DNA of 64,000 nt, from contig QPMI01000180.1 in the NCBI GenBank assembly GCA_004431415.1, forward strand, positions 126,476 through 190,475, read 5' to 3'. Made by a program: the position numbers and the translations under genes. Origin of the DNA: Cyanophora paradoxa CCMP329 (lineage: Eukaryota; Plantae; Glaucophyta). Numbering within the stretch: position 1 is the stretch's first letter; each line of letters starts with the position of its first letter. Below the pieces are notes generated by a model. It searched no databases, was not told the origin of the DNA, and was given only the letters and a program-made list of their open reading frames with translations. Positions 49,427-60,498 of this stretch are shown piece by piece.

Positions 49427-50537
49427 CCGCCGCCGCCAGCCGCCCCATGGCCAGTTACCACCCGCCTCCCTTTCGCGTTAAATTATCATAGTATTGGGAA
49501 ACGTAGCGCTGTTTCGAGTAATTAGGCTTCGGAATTGCTCTTGTTCGCATGTAGGCGCCGCCATCTTCAATTTAATTTATGATTGTACACGGTTGTACAG
49601 CTTCGAAAATTCGGCCGCCGCGCGCGGCGGTAGGCCTGTAGGCCGCGGCCTGTGCGAGGGCGTCGGCCCGGCGGGTCCGCCGCGTCGAGCTCGCGATGCC
49701 GGCGGGCGCGGCGACATCGCGGTCGACGTCGCTCCTATCGGTAGCTAGCTAAAGACTTCGAATTTGATCGCGAATTCGGCCTTCTCGTTCTTTGAAATTC
49801 GGGGACCAAGGCGACGTCGACATCGCGCCCTTCTAGATCTCGGATCCGGATTTCGGACACGCGTGTGTCCGGTACAATGTGTTCGGAACACGTTATACCT
49901 ACGAGCCTCCGAGCTTCGCCAACATGACGCGAAGTTGCGCACAAAGTTGCCACAAACTTGCCACAAAGAGGTTCCGCGAAAAAAGGGGTCTTGCCCTTTT
50001 TTACGTGGAGCCCGGTGGAGGAAAGAGCCTACGGCGGTCGAAATTTAACGCTAAGAGCCTGTACTTTGCTAGCTATAGCGCTCCGGCCCGGATCGGAGAA
50101 GCGCGCGGAACCGAGGACGAGGACGTCCAGAGTGTGAGGCCTACTTCCGCCCGCGCTCCTGCGAGCGCGCATCGCAAATCTTGACTTGAGAAGAAGCCGG
50201 CCGCGCAGCAGCGTGTCGTGCTAGAAGTGAAGAAGGCGCACACCCGCTATCCTAGCAGCTACTCCAGATTTCATCGGCGCGCGCGCGCGAGACAAACGAG
50301 CAAGCCGGCGCGCGTGTAGTTTCCCAAGCCTGGGCCTGAAGCGTTTCTCCTCGTCACGGCTTTGCGACTGCCCAGCGGCAGAACCCTGAAGTTTGCTCCA
50401 GCTGCGGCGAGTTTCCGAAGCGGCGGCGGCGGCGCGCGTTTTCGGAGCCGGCCGGTGCGATATTGATGCCGGCGCATCCGATCAGAGCCGCGCGGAGGGC
50501 CGCGTGCTGATCATGAGGGGCGGGCGCGCAGGGAACG

Positions 50538-51926
50538 ATGGACTTCATTAGGAAAAACTTGAATTTCGTGCAGAAGATCCGGGAGGGCGTCTCCCGGGGC
50601 GGCGCGGTGGCGCCCGCCGAGCAGCCGCCGGCCGAGGCGGGCGCGGCGCCGGCTCCCCCCGCGCTGGACGAGAAGCCGAAGCGGCTGCGGGCGGTGGCGG
50701 TGCGGGCGGCGCGGGGCTCGCTGCCGCCGCTGGAGGGGCCGGAGGGCCCGCTGGTGCTGGGCCTGGACGGCGACTCGAGCGCCGCCTCGTCTGAGGAGGA
50801 GCCCCTCGAGCTCCCCGAGCTCCGGCCGCCCTCCCGCGGCTCCGACTCCTCCGGCCGCGCCCACTCGCCCCCGTCCCGCCGCCCCTCCGCCTCCTCCCTC
50901 GGCTCGCCCCCGGGGCCCGGGGCGCGGCGGCGGCGCTCGTCGCTGCTGAGCGAGGAGGGCGAGGAGGCGGCGCTGAACCCGTGCTTCGCCGGGCTGCCGC
51001 GCCTCGCCGCGCGCGCCACGGCCATCATATGGCGCGCCTCCCTCGCCGGCGTGCGGGCGCCCCCGAGGCGCTCTGCCCGCGCGGCCCGCGCCTCGCGCCG
51101 GCCCTCGACTACGCCCAGTACGAGGCCTTTCACCTCGGTCCGCCCCGCCCCGGCCCCGCCGGCCCCGGGCCCCGCCGGCCCCGCTGAGCGGCCGCCCGCG
51201 CGCGCAGGCCTGCACCGGGCGCTGACGCCGCCGGCGCTCGCCTCCGCGTGGCGCCTCTCCGAAGCCCGCGCCCTCGCCGCCGTGCGCCCCGCCCCCGCCC
51301 GCGCCGCGCCGGGGCAGGCGCTGAGGCGGCGGGGCAGGCGAACTGGCGGTCGGACGCGGGGCGGGAGCGGCACGGGATGGGGCGGGACGCCTTCGAGCGG
51401 AGCCTGGTGATCGTGGCGCGGAGCGTGGCGGAGGAGATGGGCCGCCGCGGCCTCGCCCCCGCCGCGCGCCTCCTCGCCGCCGAGCACGGGCTGCCGGCCT
51501 GCCCCGCCTCCCTCTTCCTCCTCGCCCTCGCCGCGCGGATCACGACCGCGGGCCCCCGCCTCGCCCCCGACCACGCCCTCCTCGCCGCCGGCGCCTGGCC
51601 GGCCGCCCCCGACGCCGCCCTCCGCCCCTGGCACGGTCCGCCCGCCCCGCCCCGCCCCGCCCCGCTGCTGGGCGCTGAGGCGGGCCGCAGAGGTCGAGTT
51701 CAACGCGTGCGCGCTGTCGGCCCTCGCGGAGCTCCTCGGGCCCCGCCCCGCACGCCCCGCCCCGCTCCCGCCCCGCCTCTCCAGGCCCGAGGCGCCGGCG
51801 GGGCCGGGGGCGGGGGCGGGGCGGGCGGAGCTCGAGGAGGCGGTGGAGGGGGCCGGGGGCGCCGCCCTCCAGAAGCGCGCCCTCCTCAACCGCCTCACCG
51901 GCCTCCTCGACGCCCACCGCCTCTGA
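50538..51926 (+). CDS. Hypothetical protein, tandem copy 2
   Basis: Spliced ...YEAFHLG|LHRALTPPALASAWRLSEARALAA|ANWRSDAGRERHGMGRDAFERSLVIVA...LLDAHRL*. Confidence 0.65.
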
Positions 51927-53153
51927 TCGATGTTACGACCGCCATCCGGGCCTGCGACCCGGCGCAGGGGCACGTCTTAGATCTTCCTTCCGCTTATAAT
52001 TATAAAATTAACAATTTGCATTGGAATCTTCTTTGCCCTCGTTTCGCATGGGCCCTCGCATGCTGCGGCCTCTCTTTATGCAACGATAGATTTTCAATAG
52101 TAACTTGTGAGCACACTTAACTTTCCGCTTTCAGATCTCTGCTTTAGCTCTTGGATTGTGCATACTATCTTACATCACCGTAGTACAGTAAGTTGGCTAG
52201 TAGCCTTGCATTCGTTGTTCGTCTAGATCTATACTGCTAGATCTACACGCCCGAAGCTTTGATCATGAGGTCTAGGATTACTCAGTTATAATCTAAGCTG
52301 TATCTAACATATTATCATAGTATAGAGGCAGCCTGGCAGTGCGAGCAGTCTCAGTCAACCATGCATGTGGCTCTAGCTACACTATAATTTACATTATACT
52401 AGTCTAGTAAACGTATAATTATAACCAGGTTCCAGAGCCCCTACGTGCTGGCATTGCGTGAGGGGTCTTCAACACAGATTTTCTTCAGGACTCCGGGAGC
52501 AGGGGTGGGGCTTGCAATTGTGATCTTGAAGGCCTAGGGTGGGTTTGGACAAGCTGAGGGGACCGGGAGTATGGCCATGGTGCACGCGGCATGACCGTGC
52601 ATCAGGAACAAATTGATCATCGGATGGCCGCGGCCGGGCCGTCATCATGGCATGGGAAACTTGAAAACAAACTTGATTATCATTTCGAATCGATGAGCAA
52701 GAAATCACAAAATTAATTTAGTAAAGGGGGAGAAACTTGAAACTTGAAATCTGACTCAGAGATCCTGCACTAGCGCTAAGCTTAAGACTCTGAGAGTCAC
52801 TGAGTACAGTGTACTAGTCATCATTGGCACCGTGGCACTGCGCAGCCGGGCATGCCGCAGTCATGCTCATCATGGCATACCGCGCAGTGTCTATGATGCG
52901 ATCATCGGATCTTTGATGCAGGCCCAGGCCACCCTCAGCCCTCAAGCCTTGAAGGTCACTAGTACTGATCATGCCATGATGAGTCAAGGCCTCGCACCTG
53001 GCCCGTGGGGCTGGCAATCCATGCACTGCGGCAAGCAGCCGCGGGACGTCGAGAGACAACTCGGGCCGGATTGCAGGGATGATCGCGATAATCATAAAAC
53101 AAAATAAAATCTACACTTGACAGCTATATAGCTAGCTAGAGGCGCATCTTTGC

Positions 53154-54118
53154 ATGCCGGCGACGAACTCGTACCCGCAGCGCGAGTTCATCGAGTTCTG
53201 CCTCCAGCGGGGTCTGCACGACAGGCAGGGCTCGGTCCTGCCGGCGTCGGAGGCTACACTCTGCTTCTTCGCGGCGCACCTCTTCCGCCGTGGCGGCGTC
53301 GCCCCGCCATCCATCCGCACGTACATCACGGCCGTGCAGTCGCTGCACGTCGACTCCGGCTTCAGCACTTTCTGGGGCTCCATGCCGCGCCTCGCCCGGC
53401 TCCTCGAGGGCATCGCCCGCGTGGCCGACCCTCGCCCCAAACTCTGCCGCGACCCGATCACGCGCGGACAGCTCAGTGACCTCGCCCAGTATGCAGCCGC
53501 CCACCCGTCACCTGAGACGCGGCTCCTCTGGGCCGCCTTTTCCACCGCCTTCTTCGGCTTCTTCCGCTGCAGCGAGGTCTGTGCTGTCCGCCTCCCTGTG
53601 CCCGACCCGGCCCGGCTCTTCCAGCGCCGCGACCTCCGCTTCTTCACGGACGAGGGCGAGAGCTTCGCCCGCCTCCGCCTGAAGAAGTCGAAGACCGATC
53701 AGCGAGGCCAGGGCTGTGACGTCGACATTCCCATGTCGGCGGCCTGGAGTGCGCTCACTGCGCCCTCGAGGCCCTCGCCCTCTCCTGGACGGGCCCCGCC
53801 CGCCCTGACGCCTACATCTTCGCACATGCCGCCACCGGCCAGCCGCTGACCCGTTCGGAGCTGCATGCCGCCCTCCGCAACTGGCTCCACGCCCTCGGCT
53901 ACGCAGCCGACCCCCTGCTGCCGCACAGCTTCCGCATCGGCGCCGCCACCGCGGCGTTCGAGGCCGGCCTCCCTGACTACGCTATCCAGCTCCTCGGCCG
54001 CTGGCGGTCCGACGCTTTCCAGCTGTACATCCGTGCGCGCCCCGAGCTCGTCCGCCGCCAGCGGGGCCTCCTCCTCGCCAGCAGCCACGCGCCCCCAGCC
54101 GCAGTGCCCTCCAGCTGA
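53154..54118 (+). pseudogene. Tyrosine recombinase of a DIRS-superfamily retroelement, with a frameshift at about 53733
   Basis: Intronless. Motifs SIRTYITAV, AFFGFFRCSEV and RLKKSKTDQRGQG, then in the shifted frame HSFRIGAATAAFEAG...IQLLGRWRSDAFQLYIR (catalytic R, HxxR, W, Y). Confidence 0.88.
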
Positions 54119-54189
54119 CCTTCATTCATCACACACCTCTCTCCATGGGTGCCAGCGCGCGGCGCCCACTTCGCAGCCGCCGCCCGCCT

Positions 54190-54337
54190 CGGCGCCTTGG
54201 TCCTGCCTCTCCCCTGCTTCGCGTACCCTAGGCCAGACTGCCGTACCCAGGACAGGTGTTGCGAACTAGCCCTAGTTCACGTACCCCTCTGCCTGCTACG
54301 GACTCTAGCCCAGTTTCACGCTCAGGATTTTCACAGG
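54190..54337 (+). repeat. 148-bp direct repeat, copy 1 (B1)
   Basis: CGGCGCCTTGGTCC...GGATTTTCACAGG, identical by eye to 54629-54776. Confidence 0.95.
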
Positions 54338-54628
54338 CCCGAGGCAGTCCCCTTCTTGGCACCCATTTCGAGTTGTGTATGCATATACTAGATTAGCATA
54401 TGACCATGCTAGCGACGCAGAGCTCACAGCACTGCGGGAGTGTACCCTCTATTGCTAAGAGTAAACTCGCTAGGGTTGATTGATAGTAAAGTAGTTTACT
54501 TAGGTCAACCCGCGAGTAGACGTAGAGCAGCTGTACCCGAGGCACGACTGCCCGCCCCTCTTCAGTTGTTGTACCCCGAGTGCGCCGTCGCGCCTCGAGC
54601 TCTCCCACCCGACCCTACCCTATGTATA

Positions 54629-54776
54629 CGGCGCCTTGGTCCTGCCTCTCCCCTGCTTCGCGTACCCTAGGCCAGACTGCCGTACCCAGGACAGGTGTTG
54701 CGAACTAGCCCTAGTTCACGTACCCCTCTGCCTGCTACGGACTCTAGCCCAGTTTCACGCTCAGGATTTTCACAGG
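54629..54776 (+). repeat. 148-bp direct repeat, copy 2 (B2)
   Basis: Identical by eye to 54190-54337. Confidence 0.95.
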
Positions 54777-54943
54777 GTACGCGTACGTATGCTAGTCATG
54801 GAGAAATATGGGGGTCGAGGGGGTTACCAGCGGAGCCTGCGGGGGCCGGGAGTCAGGGGGGGGGTCGCTGGGGCGGGGTGCGCGCGGTTGCGGGGAGGGG
54901 CGCGCCTCGCCACGGCCGGCGCGGGCGCGGGGCCCCCCGGGCG

Positions 54944-57900
54944 TCAGACGGGGAAGACGGTGTCGTCCGGGGGCGCGGCGGTGCGGCGCATGGCGCGGAG
55001 GCCGGCGATGACCGACGCGCACGTCCGCTTCCAGCGCGCCGTCGCCTGCCACCGCCCGAAGTTGGCCATCACCTGCCGCCCGCCCGCCCCGCCTCAGCCG
55101 GCCGCCCGAGCGCAGGCCGCGGCAGGGGCCGCCGGGCGGGGCGGGGCGGGCCTGGTTGTAGTAGACGCCGAGCTCGGGGAGGCCCTCGGCGATGGTCTTG
55201 TACAGGGGGATGACGATGACGCGGAAGAAGAAGAGCTGGCCCTCCGCCCACGCCAGCTGCTGCTCGAACGCCGACCCCTTCGTGTCCATCCCCGGCGACA
55301 CCTTGAAACCCAGCGCCACCTCCCGCCTGCCCCCGCACGCACGCCTCAGGTCCGGGGCGCGCGCAGCGGCGCCGGGGCGGGGAGGCGCGGGCGGACCGGC
55401 CCTGGCGGAGGAACTCCTGGCGGAGGCGGCGGGACCAGTAGATGGCGTTGTCGAAGCCGCGGGCGGCGTTGGAGAGGTCGGCGCACTTGATCATCATCTC
55501 GCCGAGCAGGCGCGCCTCCTGGAACGAGAAGCCGCCGCCCAGCTTCGAGATGGCGGCCTCGGGGGGCGAGCCGGCCGGGAACGAGCGCGCGTACTCGCGG
55601 ATGTACGACGCGTTGCGCGTCACGTCCGTGGCGAGCACGAGGGCGCGCAGCATCGCCCGGAAGCGGGCGCGCTGGCGGGGCGCAGGCGGTCGAGGATGGC
55701 GGCGGGGCGGAGGGCGCGGAGGGCGGGCTCGAGGGGGCGCTGGGCCGGCGGGGAGAGGGCGCGGGAGGGGAGGTGGAGCGGGGCGGGCTCTCCGGGGTGC
55801 GCCCCAGGCCCGGGGCGGCGGAGCGGCCATGCGGGATGCCGCGGACGTAGGCGAGCGAGGCGCGCCGCCCGTCCCGCATCGGCGCGCGCTGCCCGTCGCC
55901 GTCGCGCGAGGGCTGCGGCGAGGGCGTCGCGCTGCGCGGGATGGACACAGGCGCGCGCTCGAGGGAGCGCCGGCGCTCGCGCTCGCGCTCGGGGCGCCAG
56001 CGGCGGGGCGAGGCCTCGTCGCCCTCCTCGCGCGGCTCCGAGGCCGCCGGCGAGGGGGCGTCCCCCAGGTCCACCACCGGCGGCGCCTCGAGCTCCAGGC
56101 TGTACGCCCGCCGCCGGCCCCGCTCCAGGCCCCGCTCCCGCCGGCTCTGGTGCGAGGCCGGCGCCGCGAACGGGTCCCGCGGCCGCTGCGGCGCCGTCGA
56201 GTCGTCGTACTCGTGCCCGTACGCCTGCGCCGGCCCCCCTCAGCGCCCAAGGCGGGGCGGCGGCGGGGGCGGCGGGCCCCGCACGCACCAGGTCCTCGTC
56301 CTCTGCCGCCTCCGCCCCCTCCAGCTCCAGCAGCTGCAGCGCGCAGTGCAGCTGCGCGGCGCAGCTTTCAGGCCGCGCAGGGGAGGAAAGGGCGGGGCGG
56401 GGCGGGGCGGGGCCCGGGCTCGAGCGCAAGCGGCGCGCACGTGCATCTTCTCGAGGGTGGAGACGGGCCCGTACTTGAGGAACGCCTCCGAGCGCGTCGC
56501 CTGCCCGCCCCGCCCCGCGTCGCCTCGCGGCCCACCCCACCGAGCGCCCCGCGGCCCGGCGCCCCGCGGCCAAGGCGCACCCCCTGGAAGAGGTTCGTGG
56601 TCCCCGGGTGGCTCAGGTCGTGGCACAGCGCCGCCACGATGCACGCCAGCTGGTCCTCCTGCGCCCGACGGTTGGACCCGGAGGCGGCGGGGTGGCCCCG
56701 GGCGGGGTGGGCGGGCCGGGTGCGCACCGGCGCGAGGTACCGCCGGCGGTTGCAGAGCAGGCGGATCATGACGTACATGCTGCGGGCGGATCAGGGTGCG
56801 CCGAGCGGCCGGAGAGGCGGGCGACGCACCAGTGGCAAACGTCGAGGGCGTGCTGGAAGCCGTGGAAGGGGGCGGGACTGTACAGCTGCCGCACCGCCTG
56901 CGGCGCCGGGCGTCACGCGGCGGAGGGCGAGCGCGGCGTATGCGGGCCGAGCGGGGCCGCACGGAGAGGAAGGGGCGGAGGACGGTGCGGGTGATGCCGA
57001 AGCGGGAGTCGAGGCGGAGGCCGTGCAGCATCGCGTGCAGGAACTCCTCGTGCCGCTCCGCCGGGATGCGCCACGTGCACAGGCACGGGTCGTCGATCTG
57101 CGGGGGCGGCGGAGCGCGTCGGGGCGGGCTGCGGGCGGCGGGCGGGCGGGCGGGCGGGGCGGACGATGGAGGCGAGGTCGACGTGGTCGGGGATCATCTC
57201 GGGCCCGCGCAGCTCCGCCGCCAGCGCCTCGGCCGCCGCCGCAACCACCGCCGCGATTTCCGACGGGTCCGGCGGCGCCGTGGAGGGCCGCCGCGAGGTC
57301 GAGATGGGCGGGGGCGGCTCGAGGAGGGCCGGGCCCGAGGCGATGGGCCGGTGCGCGAGGGGCAGCAGGTCCGCCAGGTGCTCCGAGCGCACGAGGAAGA
57401 AGCACGCCGGCTCGCCCCGGGGCGGGGCGGGGCGGGGGCGCCGGGCGCGGCCGCCGGGGCGACGGCCGGGGCGGGGGCCGCGGGGGCGGGGCGGGGGCGG
57501 GGCGGGTGCGGGGCCCCGGGCTCGAAGGTGAAGCCGCGGGCGCGGAGGCGCTCCTCGACGGCGGGGAGCAGGCGATGCGGCGGGGCGGCGCGAGGGCCTC
57601 CATGCGGCGCGCCCCCTCCACCCCCTCCCCCACGCCTCGAACAGCATCCGCTTCCGGCTCACCAGCCCTGCCCCCCCGCCCCGCCCGCTCTCAGCGCCCC
57701 CCGGGCGGGGTGGGGGCGGGGGCGGGGCGGGCGCGCCGGCGAGGCAGGGGCCGGTGTGGATGCCGACGCGGAGCTCGACGGGGCGGCCGTCGGGGAGGCG
57801 GGCGCTCTTGGCGACGGAGGTGAGGTCCAGGGCGAGGTTCGCGGCGCTCTCGAGGGCGCCGCGCTCGGGCGCGAGGACGAGGAGCGAGTCGACGCCGCCG

Positions 57901-60188
57901 CGCAGGCGCTCGAGCTTGCCGCGGTAGCGCTGCTCGACGCAGCGCTCGAGGGCGGCCATGGCGTCGTCGAGGGCGGCGGCGATGGGGCCCGGGTCGGCCC
58001 CCGCGGCCTCCGCCTCCTCGAGGCCGCAGACGCGCACGGCGACCACCGAGGCCTCCCGGTAGCGCCGCACCGCCCCGCCCCCTCCTCCCCGCCCTGCAGC
58101 AGCGACTGCCCGCCCCGCCCCCGTCAGCCGGGGGCGGGGGCGGGGGCGGGGGCGGGGGCGGGGCGGACGCGGGCGAGGGGCGCGGGGAGGAGGGCGGCGG
58201 TGAGGTGCTCGGTGCGGCGGCGCTCGAGGGCGAGGAGCCGCTCGCTCTCCTTGCGCTTGGAGATGTCCCGCAGGACGCCCACGAGGACCTCGCGGCCCCC
58301 GATCGCCGCCCGCGCCACCCCGACCTCCACGGGGAAGACGTCCCCCGAGCGCCGCTTGGCCGAGACCTCCACGATGTCCCGGAAGCGGCGCGCCCCCGTG
58401 CGGATGAAGCGCTCCACGAGGCGGTCGTGGATCTCGTTGAAGGGCGGCGGCATGAGCAGCGCGAGGGGCTTGCCGGCGATCTCGGCGGCGGTCCAGCCGA
58501 ACATGGCCTCGGCGCAGCCGTCGAAGACGACGACGCGCGACTCGCCGTCGATGGCGATGACGGCGTCGCGCGTGAGCGAGAGGTACGCCCGCCCGCGCTC
58601 CTCCGCCTCCCGCCCCGGCCCCGCCTCCGCCAGCGTGTACGTCACCTCCCCCCGCCCGCCCGCGCCCCGGCCCCGCCGCCAGCTCACGCTCACCGCCACC
58701 CCGCTCCCGTCCGCCCGAACCGCCTGCCCCCGCCCCGCGTCGGCGTCGGCCGCCCCGCGGGGCCGGGCGGGGGCGGGGCCGGGTGCGGGCGGACCTGGGT
58801 GGTGCGGGTCTGGCCCTCCTCGCCGTCGAGGGGCGCGGGGCCGAGCTCGCCCGCATCCTGCTGCCCCGACCTGCGCCCCGCCGCCTCGGTCGGGCGCGGC
58901 GAGGCCGGGTGCGGGGGCGGCCGGCGGCACCCGCGGCGGCGCTGGAGGCGCGGCAGCACGGCGGCGAAGTGCTGCCCGACGATCTCCGACGCTGCGCGGC
59001 CAGCTCGCCCCAGGCCCCGGCGGGCGGGGCCCGAGGCGGGCGGGGCGGGGCGCACCGGGCCAGCCGAGCAGGCGCTCGGCGGCTTCGCTCCAGTGGACGA
59101 CGCTACCGTGCTCGTCTGCGGCCGCCGTCAGCGGCCCCGGCGGCCCCGGCTGGCGGCCCCGGGGAGGGCGGACGGCGCACCGCAGACGACCGCCGCCTCG
59201 CGGGTGGCGAGCTGCAACGAGCGCGCGCTCTCCTCGCTCTCCTCCGCCAGCCGCCGCGCCGCCTGCAGCTCGCTCTTGTAGCTGCCGCGCCCCGTCAGCC
59301 CCGCCGGCAGCCGACGCCCCCGGCCCGCCCGCGCACCTTGTCTCCACCGCGGCCGCAGCGGCACACAGCGTTCCCGTTGCAGCTTTGCCCTGCAGGGCTG
59401 CGCTCGCAGGCAAGGAGCAGAGGCGGTCCGGGGGTGCCGCACCCGAGCGCAGGAGCGGGCGCCACAGGGCGCGGCGGCGGCCAGGAGATCTCCGGCGATC
59501 ATATAAAGCACGAGGGCATCGGCCGCGAGCACGACGGCGGCCAGCAGCACCATTCCGGAGCTGAGCCCTCCTCGCTCCGCAAGCGTCCGCAGGATCGCAA
59601 GCTGCGTGGCCACAAACACCGCTGCGCCGCGGGCTTCAGCGCCGACCGGAATTTCGAAGGGTCAAAGTTCGCAGAAGAAAGAGACTCACAGAGAACCGCG
59701 GCGGATCGTGCCGATATTCGCGGGGCGGGCGGAGAGTCGAACTTCACATCAACCTCCGGCCAGCTAAGCTTCCGGGGCGTTGGATGGATGATATGCGGGT
59801 TTGTTGCCGGTGACCTTGCCGCGGCTGGTGCGATCCGCTCCGCGGGTGCGACCGCGGCCTTCGACTCCGAGCTTTGCCGAACAATGAGAGGGGGACTCGG
59901 AGTCCTGAAGGCGTGGTTATTTCTCGGTTTCAAGGTGCTAGTATGTCCTGAAGAGTCGATTGAGCGCCTCCGGACTGTCGACCGTGCGTGGCCGAGCTTA
60001 CTGGTTGGAACCGCGCTTCCGGCCGGTTCGTTGCAGTCGGCGTCGCTTACGGTGATTGATGGCGAGCTGTGCTCGTGCTGCCGGTGCTGGCCATTCATAA
60101 CTTTGAGGCTGCGGCTGTCGGTTTGGCTCGGTCGGGGCTCGGCCGGACTGGCCGGATCGACGATAATGGGCCGGAATCCCGACACCAT
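54944..60188 (-). CDS. Membrane-anchored PAS-PAS-degenerate class III cyclase-class I cyclic nucleotide phosphodiesterase fusion
   Basis: Hydrophobic helices AAVLSVFVATQLAIL and MVLLAAVVLAADALVLYMI. PAS domains ADEHGSVVHWSEAAERLLGW and DAVIAIDGESRVVVFDGCAEAMFGW...RDISKRK. Cyclase fold LRVGIHTGP...AWGEGVEGARRME. PDE motifs PFHGFQHALDV, ALCHDLSHPGTTN, VLATD, IKCADLSN and EFLRQG. Confidence 0.85.
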
Positions 60189-60498
60189 TTCCGCTCTCAA
60201 TCAAGGCGCATGCATCCCCTCTGGAAGCCGCCCGTCGGTCGGCTTGTCGATTTGTTGTACTCGGGCAAGTCGTTGCCCCTAGCCCTGTTTTTTGTTTTTT
60301 TGTTTGGCTGGTGCAGCAGGCGTAGGGCCTTGGCCTCGCGCAGCCTTGTAGAATGAGTCGGCCTTGGGACATCCAGCGCACTCTTTAGCTAAAGGCGGCT
60401 GCCAGGCTTGCTAAGCCAGGGTGAGCAGGCTCTAGCTAACGGCGGCTGGCCAGGGCGGCTCAGCTGCCCAGCAACCGGCCTTAAGTAAAGCAAGAGAA

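Larger units (their letters stand above)
53154..54776 (+). mobile_element. 5'-truncated tyrosine-recombinase retrotransposon (Ngaro/PAT-like, split direct repeats)
   Basis: YR gene followed by a repeat-spacer-repeat structure. No RT/RNaseH was seen upstream. Confidence 0.75.

Noticed and set aside
53154-54118. Phage integrase or prophage
   Set aside because: The context is eukaryotic, no phage genes are present, and the motifs (SKTDQ, HSFRIGAAT, GRWRS) are typical of DIRS-group YRs.
54190-54776. 148-bp repeats as LTRs of a TRIM/LTR element
   Set aside because: There are no TG...CA ends, PBS or evident TSD. Adjacency to a YR gene fits split direct repeats better.
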